The position numbers and the translations under genes are program-made. Under the pieces are notes generated by a model. The model searched no databases. It worked only from the letters and a program-made list of their open reading frames with translations, and was not told the origin of the DNA. From a virus (taxonomy: Duplodnaviria; Caudoviricetes), in IMG/VR virus record IMGVR_UViG_2839589109_000007, positions 3,871 to 67,870 of that record: a DNA stretch of 64,000 nt, one strand, 5' to 3'. Below, piece by piece: positions 16,585 through 24,885 of the stretch; positions within the stretch are counted from its first letter, which is position 1; every line of letters starts with the position of its first letter.

Positions 16585-17451
16585 ATGGCAACGACCACGT
16601 TTCCAACGGGGGCTATGGCAAATGCCCTGTCCGTTATTTATTCCAAAAAGCTCAACGCGAAGTTCTATAAACGAACCGTGTTGTCGGCTATCTGCAACAC
16701 CAACTGGGAGGGTGAGATCCAGTCGGAAGGCTCCAAGGTAGTGATCCGTACCCGCCCCGATATTACGGTAGCGGATTATGACCGTGCCGTGGGGGTTGAG
16801 TATCAGGATCTGGAACCACCCAAGGTGGAAATGCCCATCGACAAGACCAAGTACTACGCCTTTATTGATGACTATATCCAGAGTGTCCAGTCCAATATCG
16901 AGCTGATCAACGAGTCTTCTGCTGATGCAGCAGAAAACGTGAAGATCGCGGTAGACGGCGATGTACTTGGGAATATCTATACCGATGTCCATCCAGATAA
17001 CAAGATCGACGGCGGTGGTACCAGCGTGGTTGTGGATAAGTCCAATGTGCTGGATTACATCGTCGATATGGGCACCCTGCTGGACGAGAAGAACATTCCC
17101 GAGTCCGGCCGCTGGCTGGTACTGCCACCCTGGGTGTGCGGGATGATCAAGAAGTCTGAGCTGAAGGATGCGTCACTGGCCGGGGATGGTACCTCCATCA
17201 TGCGTAACGGAAGGCTGGGCATCATTGACCGCTTCACGCTTTACTGCAGCAACAACCTGGCCACCGCTTCAGGCATTACCCAGTGCATGGCGGGTGTGAA
17301 GGACTTTGCCGGGTTTGCATCGCAGTTTATCAAGCATGAGAGCCTGACCCTGGAGAAGCACTTCGGCATGGGGCACCGTGGCCTGCAGGTGTATGGCTAC
17401 AAGGTACTGAAGCCCGATGCTGGTGTGCTGCTGGCAGCCAAACGCTCTTAA
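16585..17451 (+). CDS. Major capsid protein (P22/N4-type podoviral)
   Basis: IYSKKLNAKFYKRTVLSAICNTNWEGEI...GSKVVIRT, RNGRLGIIDRFTLYCSNN, GLQVYGYKVLKP. Confidence 0.92.
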   Translation: MATTTFPTGAMANALSVIYSKKLNAKFYKRTVLSAICNTNWEGEIQSEGSKVVIRTRPDITVADYDRAVGVEYQDLEPPKVEMPIDKTKYYAFIDDYIQSVQSNIELINESSADAAENVKIAVDGDVLGNIYTDVHPDNKIDGGGTSVVVDKSNVLDYIVDMGTLLDEKNIPESGRWLVLPPWVCGMIKKSELKDASLAGDGTSIMRNGRLGIIDRFTLYCSNNLATASGITQCMAGVKDFAGFASQFIKHESLTLEKHFGMGHRGLQVYGYKVLKPDAGVLLAAKRS

Positions 17452-17469
17452 ATTCATGCTTTTATTTTT

Positions 17470-17535
17470 GCCACGGAGACACGGAGGCACAGAGGAAAAG
17501 CCTTTCTTTTCTCCGTGTCTCTGTGCCTCCGTGGC
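17470..17535. repeat. REP-like palindrome built from RCACRGAG 8-mers (copy 1)
   Basis: Left arm GCCACGGAGACACGGAGGCACAGAG, right arm CTCCGTGTCTCTGTGCCTCCGTGGC; 21 of 25 positions complementary. Confidence 0.85.
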
Positions 17536-17560
17536 TAATAAACCAAAAGGATATTGAACT

Positions 17561-17878
17561 ATGGCTTTTGATCTGCAAACCTGCCGCAGCAAGGACGAAC
17601 TGGAGTCCTTTACCCGGCAGATGTTTAACGTGGAGCTGGACAAGCGCAAAAAGCTGGATGATTTAAAAGACGAAGTTCGCTTACTGATGAATGGTGGTGA
17701 TCCGCTGGTAAAACCGGAAGAGCCAGAGGAAGCTACGTCTTCACCTATGGCGGGCAGGAAGCCTTTGCAATTTGTGCTGAACAAGAACACCAATAGCGTC
17801 TTTATCTACAACCCCAGGCTGAAGAAACGGATGGGCGTGGATCTGGAGTTCTGTGACCAGCAAGGTAACCGGCTGTAG
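17561..17878 (+). CDS. Phage hypothetical protein (post-capsid)
   Basis: AAGGA SD; co-oriented in late operon. Confidence 0.7.
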   Translation: MAFDLQTCRSKDELESFTRQMFNVELDKRKKLDDLKDEVRLLMNGGDPLVKPEEPEEATSSPMAGRKPLQFVLNKNTNSVFIYNPRLKKRMGVDLEFCDQQGNRL

Positions 17879-17881
17879 GTT

Positions 17882-18535
17882 ATGAAGGTTACCGACATTA
17901 TCCAGCGGGTTCGCAACTTGCTTCAGGACAATACCACCGTTCCCAGGTGGAGCAATAACGACCTGCTGGATGCCTATAACGAAGCACTGCTGGCCGTGGT
18001 GCAGAACCGGCCTGACGTGAACTCGCAGTTACTGACTTTCACCTGTCAGGCACAGGCCGTGCAGTCGCTGCCGCCTGGCATCTACCGACTGCTGGATATT
18101 GTGGATAACCCGGACACTGGCAGAACGGTGATTGCGACCACCCGCAACAGTCTGGACAGCCTGCTACCCAACTGGACCACGGCCACCGGCATGGAAGTGG
18201 AGCAATTTGTCTACGACCAAAAAAGCCCCGCTGTCTTTTATATCTACCCGGTACCACCAGCGGATCATCAACTGAACCTGTTGGTTAGTCAGGCTCCTGC
18301 TCGAATAGTGATTACGGATTTTGACACCGATACCCAACTATTCAGCCTCGACGAGCTGTGGCTTAACCCGGTGATCAACTACATGTTGTTCAGGGCTTTC
18401 AGCATGGATATGGAAACGGAAGCCAATATGCAGCAGGCCCAGAGTTACCTGGCCATGTTTGCTAATGACCTGGGGCTGAAGTGGAACGTGGATCAAATGT
18501 TTCGGCAGATGCTTCAGGGCAAGGTGAAGGGATAA
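17882..18535 (+). CDS. Head-tail adaptor-like protein (DUF6682-like)
   Basis: IIQRVRNLLQD...RWSNNDLLDAYNEALLAVVQNRPD, FYIYPVP, VINYMLFRAFSMD. Confidence 0.7.
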   Translation: MKVTDIIQRVRNLLQDNTTVPRWSNNDLLDAYNEALLAVVQNRPDVNSQLLTFTCQAQAVQSLPPGIYRLLDIVDNPDTGRTVIATTRNSLDSLLPNWTTATGMEVEQFVYDQKSPAVFYIYPVPPADHQLNLLVSQAPARIVITDFDTDTQLFSLDELWLNPVINYMLFRAFSMDMETEANMQQAQSYLAMFANDLGLKWNVDQMFRQMLQGKVKG

Positions 18536-19141
18536 ATGGAACTGGACGCCTATCTTTCCCGAATCAGGCCTTATGCCAAGGGCTGCCCGGACCAGGTCAT
18601 CAAAAACTATCTGATCATCACCCTGCGGGATATTTGTCATCGGGCGAACCTGTGGCGCCACAGTGACAAGCTGTTTATGGTCAAGGGCATCAAACAATAT
18701 TCCCTGACTGCACCCACGGGAACCGAGATTGCCACGGTGCAGAACATCCAGCGGGAGGACGGTACCCGACTGGAAAGCCGTGATCTGCTCCCCCCGCATA
18801 TTTCCAACGGAACGCCTTACTACTACCGGCACTTTGAGACAACGACACTGACCGTTGCGCCAATCCCGGATAAGAATGAGATGCACGATATTGAACTGAC
18901 CCTGATGCCTGCCTTTGATGCCGTGGAAGTACCTGACGATCTGGGCCAGTTGACATTGGAGTTTGCCTGCTGGGGCGTACTGGCTGATCTGCAAATGATG
19001 CCTGACGAGCCCTGGACCAATCCACAACTGTCAGAAGTGAACCGGCAAAAGTACGAACGGGAGCTGAATAAAAAGCGCATTCGTGGACTGGTGGGTGCCA
19101 GTGGTGGTGAACAGTCGGTGACCCGCAGGAGATTTGTCTGA
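18536..19141 (+). CDS. Phage adaptor / tail tubular A-like protein
   Basis: YLSRIRPYAKGCPD, LQMMPDEPWTNP motifs; position in podoviral tail module. Confidence 0.65.
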   Translation: MELDAYLSRIRPYAKGCPDQVIKNYLIITLRDICHRANLWRHSDKLFMVKGIKQYSLTAPTGTEIATVQNIQREDGTRLESRDLLPPHISNGTPYYYRHFETTTLTVAPIPDKNEMHDIELTLMPAFDAVEVPDDLGQLTLEFACWGVLADLQMMPDEPWTNPQLSEVNRQKYERELNKKRIRGLVGASGGEQSVTRRRFV

Positions 19142-19494
19142 TGCCATTGCCCACATCCACAGATCTTCCACCTATCCTTCGGGGCGACAGCTTCACTATT
19201 CCGGTCGCGTTTACTGATGCTAACGACCAGCCAGCTGACCTGTCGGGCTGGACATTAATTTTCACCCTGAAGTTTCACCGGATGCAGCCTGACAGTGAAG
19301 CGGTATTGCAAAAACGACAGATCATTGCCGGTTCTGAGGCAATAGTTATTGTCACGCCGACGGATACCAATGAGCTGACACCCTATCGCTACGAATACGA
19401 TATCCAGCTTTCCACTCCAGACGGTACCGGTGTCAGAACCTTTATGATGGGTACCATAACCCTCACCTCTGGAGTCACCCACGCCATTTCTTAA
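19141..19494 (+). CDS. BppU-like Ig-fold virion protein
   Basis: ILRGDSFTIPVAFTDANDQPADLSGW...YEYDIQL...MGTITL. Confidence 0.6.
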   Translation: MPLPTSTDLPPILRGDSFTIPVAFTDANDQPADLSGWTLIFTLKFHRMQPDSEAVLQKRQIIAGSEAIVIVTPTDTNELTPYRYEYDIQLSTPDGTGVRTFMMGTITLTSGVTHAIS

Positions 19495-19507
19495 AGATTC
19501 ACCACAA

Positions 19508-19786
19508 TACCCACAGGGCACAAGAGGCACAAAGAACACAAAGAAAAGCTGTTTCTTGTCTTTTCCTTTGTGCCCTTTGCCGTGAAAAATATTTTGCTTA
19601 ACCATTTTTCATCCCTGAGGGTGGCGCAAAATATTTTCACGCGCCATGGGCATTTGTGTCTTTGCCATGAAAGAAAATTGCCACGGAGGCACAGAGCACG
19701 GAGAACAGAAAAACGCTTTTCCTCCGTGTCTCCGTGACTCTGTGGCTAAAGCTTTCATGACAGAGGGTGACAAACCATCGTCATGA
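19508..19786. repeat. Cluster of four tandem hairpins including copy 2 of the RCACRGAG palindrome
   Basis: Degenerate CACAAAG palindrome 19508-19585; GTGAAAAATATTTTGC (19582-19597) inverted with GCAAAATATTTTCAC (19626-19640); GCCACGGAGGCACAGAGCACGGAG...CTCCGTGTCTCCGTGACTCTGTGGC (19680-19746); TCATGAC...GTCATGA (19755-19786). Confidence 0.8.
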
Positions 19787-19819
19787 ACATTTTTGGTTCA
19801 AACCAAACAGGACAAGGAT

Positions 19820-22069
19820 ATGTCAGACCCGAAACTGGCGGATATCAAGGTATCCCTGATCGGTGAGGCCGATCTGATTGTGGCTCAGCGTCAGGCCGTA
19901 GCCGAAGACAAGATAGCCATTGAGCAGATGAAGGCTGATATTGAAAACATGCAGTCTGATGTGGACAACGACCAGAGTGATGTAGCGACGCGCCATACAG
20001 ATATCGTCGCCAAACATGGGGAGGTTGAAGCGGATCGGTTAGAGGTATCCACCAACCGACAAGATGTAGAAGACCGGCAGACCGATATCATCAATCGCCA
20101 GACCGATGTGATCAGTCGACAGTCAGATATCACCGCCAAACACAATACCGTGCTGAACACTGCCGGGGCGGTGGCAAAAGATAAAGTCCGGGTGGCCAGT
20201 GACAAGGTGGACGTTGGCAATACTGTCACTGCATTCAATACTACCGTCGCTAATGCCCTGCAATCACTCACTGATGAAGGCAACCAGCAAAACACCAGAG
20301 TTATCGCCACCGGAGAAAGCCAGGAACGGCGGGTGATTGATGCTGGCGATACCGAACGGGGTGACGTTGTCCAGGAAGGTATAAACCAGCGAAACCTGAT
20401 TAGCACAGAGAGCACCAACCAGCAGACGCTTATCGCCAACAAAGGTACTGAACAATCTGACCGTGTAAAAGCTGAAGGCGATGGTCAGGTACTGCGGGTT
20501 CAAACGGAAGGAAATAACCAGATCAGTCGGGTCATTGTAGAAGGCAATAATCAAACCGCCCGAGCCACCACCGAGGCGGATCGTTCATCCAGTCAAGCCA
20601 ACCTTGCCCAAACCCATCGGAATTACGTTGAAGATTTTGCCGGTCGTTTTGGTAATGTGGATCAGGCCATTACCGATGCCACCGCTCATGCAGCCCGTGC
20701 CAATACCGAAGCCAACCGCTCCAAGTCGGAAGCGAATCGTTCAACAGATAATAACGCACTGGCAGAAAGCCATGCTGACCGGGCGGATGCTGCCGCCAGT
20801 CGAGCGGATGAAATTGCAGGGTTGAAAACGGTAAGGGATGCCCTGGTTGCCTCTTCGCTTCCGGCACCGGATTTTCATCTACCACTGACTTCTGATTTAC
20901 AGATCCGTGAAGGTTTCGGCCCCGCAGATCAGCTGGATATTTCTCCAGCCCGGGATGGCAGCCAGCTGATCAACCTGCCTACCCGCTCAGCGTCGTTCCA
21001 TCGCAACGGCATTAAGTGGTATACCAATAAATCCGGTGTGCTTACCAAAGCCGAGATTAACGAACCTGCCTTTGAGCAGGAGGGTATTCTGATTGAAGGC
21101 AGTAGCACCAATATTGTCCCCCGCAGCAATCATTTCTCATCTCACTGGGTAAAGTATCCCGATGGTTCGACCACCGTGATTACCGACAACGCCGAAACTG
21201 GCCCCGATAATATTGAAAACTCAGCCGCACAGCTGGATTTTGTTGGTAACAGCGCCTGGCTGCTGACATACAACCTGAGCGGATTCGATCAGACAAAAGC
21301 CCATACCGCATCTATCTGGATGAAAGGCAGTGTCGGCGGCGAACAGATCAAGATCGATTTTAAAAATCAGGCGTCAGTAGGCCAGCAGGGAGCGACTTTT
21401 AATCTCACTACCCAGTGGCAGCGCTACCAGGTCAGTTCCGTTGATCCCGGTGATGGTAATCACAATATTCAGGGCTTTCAGGTCCGTAAAAACGACGGTG
21501 TCCCCGGCACCATTTTTATTTATGGCGTCCAGCTGGAAGCACTGCCATTCGCCACTTCCTATATTCCTACCGATGGCAGTGTTGCAAGCCGGGAACAGGA
21601 TTATCTGAACATTCCCCGTGCAAACAATCTTGTGCACAGCTCCCGCACCCCCATGAGCTGGAGTATCGATTTCAACACTCTGGGGGAAATACCCGGTGCG
21701 ACCAACTACCTGATTTTTTGCAATGGCTATAACCCAGATTACGATGTCTCTGGCTGGGCGCTGGTGGTGTGGCCCCGCTCCGGTTCTTATGATGGTCTGC
21801 GGGTACGTCAGGGCATTGATATAATTATGCCTGCGGTGACGGATACCCAAATGCATCGGCTGGTCAGTTCAGGAGAGGAACAAAAACTGATCGTCTATCT
21901 GGATGGACAGCAGATTGGCTCAGGGAATCAGGGGAATCTTACCCGTATCTATAACTCCAATGATGTAGCCTTGGGTCGTGCCGGAGAGCAGTGTCTCAAT
22001 GGTCATATCCGGGATTTCAGAATCTGGCACCGGGCGTTAACCCCTGAGCAGGTCAGCGTGCTGGGGTAA
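19820..22069 (+). CDS. Tail or head fibre: coiled-coil stalk, carbohydrate-binding-like domain and C-terminal LamG/ConA-like domain
   Basis: Heptad and 11-residue repeats; EGILIEGSSTN, GVQLEALPFATSYIPTDGS, YLDGQQIG, LNGHIRDFRIWHRALT. Confidence 0.8.
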   Translation: MSDPKLADIKVSLIGEADLIVAQRQAVAEDKIAIEQMKADIENMQSDVDNDQSDVATRHTDIVAKHGEVEADRLEVSTNRQDVEDRQTDIINRQTDVISRQSDITAKHNTVLNTAGAVAKDKVRVASDKVDVGNTVTAFNTTVANALQSLTDEGNQQNTRVIATGESQERRVIDAGDTERGDVVQEGINQRNLISTESTNQQTLIANKGTEQSDRVKAEGDGQVLRVQTEGNNQISRVIVEGNNQTARATTEADRSSSQANLAQTHRNYVEDFAGRFGNVDQAITDATAHAARANTEANRSKSEANRSTDNNALAESHADRADAAASRADEIAGLKTVRDALVASSLPAPDFHLPLTSDLQIREGFGPADQLDISPARDGSQLINLPTRSASFHRNGIKWYTNKSGVLTKAEINEPAFEQEGILIEGSSTNIVPRSNHFSSHWVKYPDGSTTVITDNAETGPDNIENSAAQLDFVGNSAWLLTYNLSGFDQTKAHTASIWMKGSVGGEQIKIDFKNQASVGQQGATFNLTTQWQRYQVSSVDPGDGNHNIQGFQVRKNDGVPGTIFIYGVQLEALPFATSYIPTDGSVASREQDYLNIPRANNLVHSSRTPMSWSIDFNTLGEIPGATNYLIFCNGYNPDYDVSGWALVVWPRSGSYDGLRVRQGIDIIMPAVTDTQMHRLVSSGEEQKLIVYLDGQQIGSGNQGNLTRIYNSNDVALGRAGEQCLNGHIRDFRIWHRALTPEQVSVLG

Positions 22070-22072
22070 GCC

Positions 22073-23020
22073 ATGAAAATCGACATCACTTCTTTTACCG
22101 GAGAAGTCCCCTGGCTGGACAGCCACTTGCTGGAAGATACGCAGGCAGAGGCGGCGGTGGATTGTCGTTTAACCAATGGCAGTCTGAGAGCCTATCGTGC
22201 GCCGCTGGTTGAGCAGGTACTGAACGATACCCCGCAGTCTGTTTACCTGTATCGCAACGAAGGTAACCGCTATTGGTTTGACTGGACGGAAGATGTGGAT
22301 GTGATCCGTTCCCCAGTGGCTGACGATCCCAACAATCGAGTGTATTTCACTGGCACCGTCAAGGGGCCAAGATACACCGATAACGGCCTGGCCCTGAGTG
22401 GTGGCAGTGACTATCCGGTCAATGACCATCAGCTTGGACTGCCAGAGCCGGACGTGGCCCCCGTGGTGACGCTCAGTGGTACACCGCTGGACGATGCTGA
22501 AGCAGTGGATGCCGAAACCCGTTTCTACACCTACACCTGGGTGGACGAAAACGGACGGGAAGGACCGCCATCGCTGCCCTCCGGTGAGATTGTGGTGAAA
22601 CCCGGTGAAACGGTGGACATTACCGTGGGCTCAGGTCCCGGTGCCGTGGACCTGAACATTACCCATTACCGGATTTACACCAGTACCCAGATCGGCGTGT
22701 ATCAGCTTTGCACCCAGATCAACAACGCCGGAACGGTGGCCACCGATACCCCCGTAGGTGTCACCACTGTGGTGGATCAAACGCCGTTGGACCAACGGGG
22801 AGGTATCCTGAAAACCATCGGCTGGATAGCACCACCCATCAACCTGCAAGGCATGGTGGTGCTGCCCGGTGGTGTGGCAGCGGGATTCTCCGGCAAGGAG
22901 CTGATGTTCAGTGAGCCTTACCATTTGTACGCCTGGCCAGCGGCCTACCGGCTGGCGGTGGAGTATGACATTCAGTCACTGGCGGTGGCCGCCAACAGTG
23001 TGCAATGTACAACAATATAA
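22073..23020 (+). pseudogene. Podoviral tail tubular/stabilisation protein, N-terminal part; truncated by insertion of prophage B
   Basis: MKIDITSFTGEVP...CRLTNGSLRAY start and FSEPYHLYAWPAAY motif; homologous-looking sequence ends at AANSV (23002), followed by QCTTI-stop read from AT-rich foreign DNA. Confidence 0.7.
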
Positions 23021-23046
23021 TTGCACCTTCGTCGATGTTATTGCAC
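22981..23046. other. Putative attL of prophage B
   Basis: GC-rich coding arm then GTGCAAT-13bp-ATTGCAC (23000-23026) and a further ATTGCAC (23040-23046), just upstream of the recombinase SD. Confidence 0.55.
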
Positions 23047-23062
23047 GATTATAGGAGGCATT

Positions 23063-24673
23063 ATGACGATAATAAAAACAATGGACTCAACGATTACACG
23101 GACGACCTACTGTTACTCATATCACCGCATCTCAACTCGTAACCAGTTAAAAGGTGGCGGTATTAAACGCCAGATAGAAGACAGTTCCAGATTCTGCGAA
23201 GCACAGAACTGGGTGATGGATACGACCTTCAAACTCACCGATATCGGCACCTCTGCCTACCATGGTAAAAACCTTGATGATCGTGCTGCACTTGGGAGCT
23301 TTCTCAAAGCGGCGGATGATGGCCTCGTTAAACGTCCTGCTGTCCTTCTGGTGGAAAGTCTGGATCGATTAAGCCGGGCAAATATCATGGATGCTCTGGA
23401 ACTGTTTATTCGTATATTGAATGCCGGTATTTCTATCTGCACTTACCACGACCGGATGATATACAGCAAGGAAAGTATTCAGGCCAATTTCGGCCCACTA
23501 CTTATTTCTATTACCATTATGTGCCGGGCTCATGAAGAAAGTGAGACAAAATCAAAACGAGTTAAAAGAAGCTGGATTCAGATGCGTGAGAAAATCCGGA
23601 ATGGGGGCATTGGCAGCAAAAAAATATATCCAAAATGGATATCAACAGAGAGTGGGAGGCCAGAAATCATTGAAAGCGAAGCTAAAATAATTCGAGAAAT
23701 TTTTGATCTTTGTGTCAATCACAATATGAGCTATACAGATATTATTGTCGAAATGAGAAAACGACACAATAACAATATTAATTTAAGGAGTTATCAGCTC
23801 AATCGCCTTTTTCGTCATAAAAATGTTCTTGGAATATACTGTACTACTGGCGCTCAAGCAGGAGAGGAAATTAAGGCATATCCTGCCATTATCAGCGAGG
23901 ATATGTACTATAAAGCCAAAGCTCTAATTAAAGAGCGGATTTCAGTCCGGGTTGGTCAACCAACGAAGTATGAAATTAATTTTTTTAAAACCAAACTATC
24001 CTGTGGAGATTGCGGTTACGCAATTACATCCAATAGGGCAAACAGGTCGACCTCTTACCTTTGCAGAGAAAAACTTAAAACAAAGACTGCCTGCAAACAA
24101 AGTTCAAAGATAACGGCTAAAAAATTTCAACCCGTCCTTTTGTACGCCATCTCACTGATCGACAAAGACGATATGCTGGAAAGTGCTGCTAACAGTAAGA
24201 AGGCCAAGCTCTCCAAGGCAATCAATACTAAACAGGCTGAGCTAGAAGATAAGCAAACTCGTATGGATAACCTTGCTGATCTGGTTGCAGCCGGGTCCAA
24301 AAAAGGAGTTCAGATGGTGGTTCAGCTTGAGGGCGAAGTTGATACTATCCTGCAAGATATAGCAACAATGCAAGACCAGCTGGATATGCTTAATTCGCCC
24401 ACTATGGCCGCAAGCATTGATCACGCAAACGAGTTTGGCAGGAAATTTATTCTTGGGCAGGCCACCAAGGAAGATCAGGAGCCATTCGTTCAAGCACTTG
24501 GAAATATAGTGGAAAAGATAGTAATTCATTCTCCTGAGAAAGAAGGCCAGAGAACCATTGCCATTATTAAACTGCTTTCAGGTATAGATATAAGGGTTGT
24601 AGTAGAAAAGGATTATTCCGCAGATATTTTCAAGGGGAAAAAACGTATCGGCCGCTTTACACCGAAGGGGTAG
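23063..24673 (+). CDS. Large serine recombinase (integrase)
   Basis: YSYHRISTRNQ catalytic Ser motif, LLVESLDRLSR, AHEESETKSKRV, YPAIISED recombinase domain, CGDCG...YLC...C zinc ribbon, coiled coil; AGGAGG SD. Confidence 0.95.
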   Translation: MTIIKTMDSTITRTTYCYSYHRISTRNQLKGGGIKRQIEDSSRFCEAQNWVMDTTFKLTDIGTSAYHGKNLDDRAALGSFLKAADDGLVKRPAVLLVESLDRLSRANIMDALELFIRILNAGISICTYHDRMIYSKESIQANFGPLLISITIMCRAHEESETKSKRVKRSWIQMREKIRNGGIGSKKIYPKWISTESGRPEIIESEAKIIREIFDLCVNHNMSYTDIIVEMRKRHNNNINLRSYQLNRLFRHKNVLGIYCTTGAQAGEEIKAYPAIISEDMYYKAKALIKERISVRVGQPTKYEINFFKTKLSCGDCGYAITSNRANRSTSYLCREKLKTKTACKQSSKITAKKFQPVLLYAISLIDKDDMLESAANSKKAKLSKAINTKQAELEDKQTRMDNLADLVAAGSKKGVQMVVQLEGEVDTILQDIATMQDQLDMLNSPTMAASIDHANEFGRKFILGQATKEDQEPFVQALGNIVEKIVIHSPEKEGQRTIAIIKLLSGIDIRVVVEKDYSADIFKGKKRIGRFTPKG

Positions 24674-24874
24674 TCACCCCTTCCGGTTAGCCTTAATCCA
24701 TTGATCAACAAGGGAGTTAAGTACACTCCCTTCTTTTTTCCCCTTTTCCTTCACCAGTTGGATAAATTCATCAACCTTCTGGTTCGAAATCACAAAACCA
24801 TAAGCGATAGAGTCATCACGAATACATTGTTGAATAAGGTCCATATCCTTATCATTCTGTTCATCATTTGTCAT
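24674..24874 (-). CDS. Small putative DNA-binding protein (ribbon-helix-helix-like); candidate directionality factor
   Basis: 66 aa, abuts recombinase stop convergently; FVISNQKVDEFIQLVKEKGKKEGSVLNSLVDQWI strand-helix-helix pattern. Confidence 0.45.
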   Translation of the reverse strand: MTNDEQNDKDMDLIQQCIRDDSIAYGFVISNQKVDEFIQLVKEKGKKEGSVLNSLVDQWIKANRKG

Positions 24875-24885
24875 ATCCCTATTCC

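Larger units (their letters stand above)
1..23002. mobile_element. Prophage A: lambdoid early region plus podovirus-type head/tail module; left end outside window; interrupted on the right
   Basis: Contiguous ssb/YqaJ/ERF, CI, O/P-like, lysis, terminase, portal, scaffold, capsid, adaptor and tail genes; no tape measure; last tail gene truncated at about 23002. Confidence 0.9.

Noticed and set aside
17470-19746. RCACRGAG repeats or the 51-bp duplication as a CRISPR array
   Set aside because: No regular repeat-spacer periodicity; these are palindromes or an in-frame tandem duplication.
19820-22069. Diversity-generating retroelement target
   Set aside because: No reverse transcriptase and no template/variable repeat pair noticed for any fibre gene in the window.
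23063-24673. Recombinase as a tail-fibre invertase or shufflon
   Set aside because: It is a large serine recombinase with recombinase and zinc-ribbon domains, not a roughly 190-aa invertase; no inverted fibre cassettes or repeated crossover sites seen.
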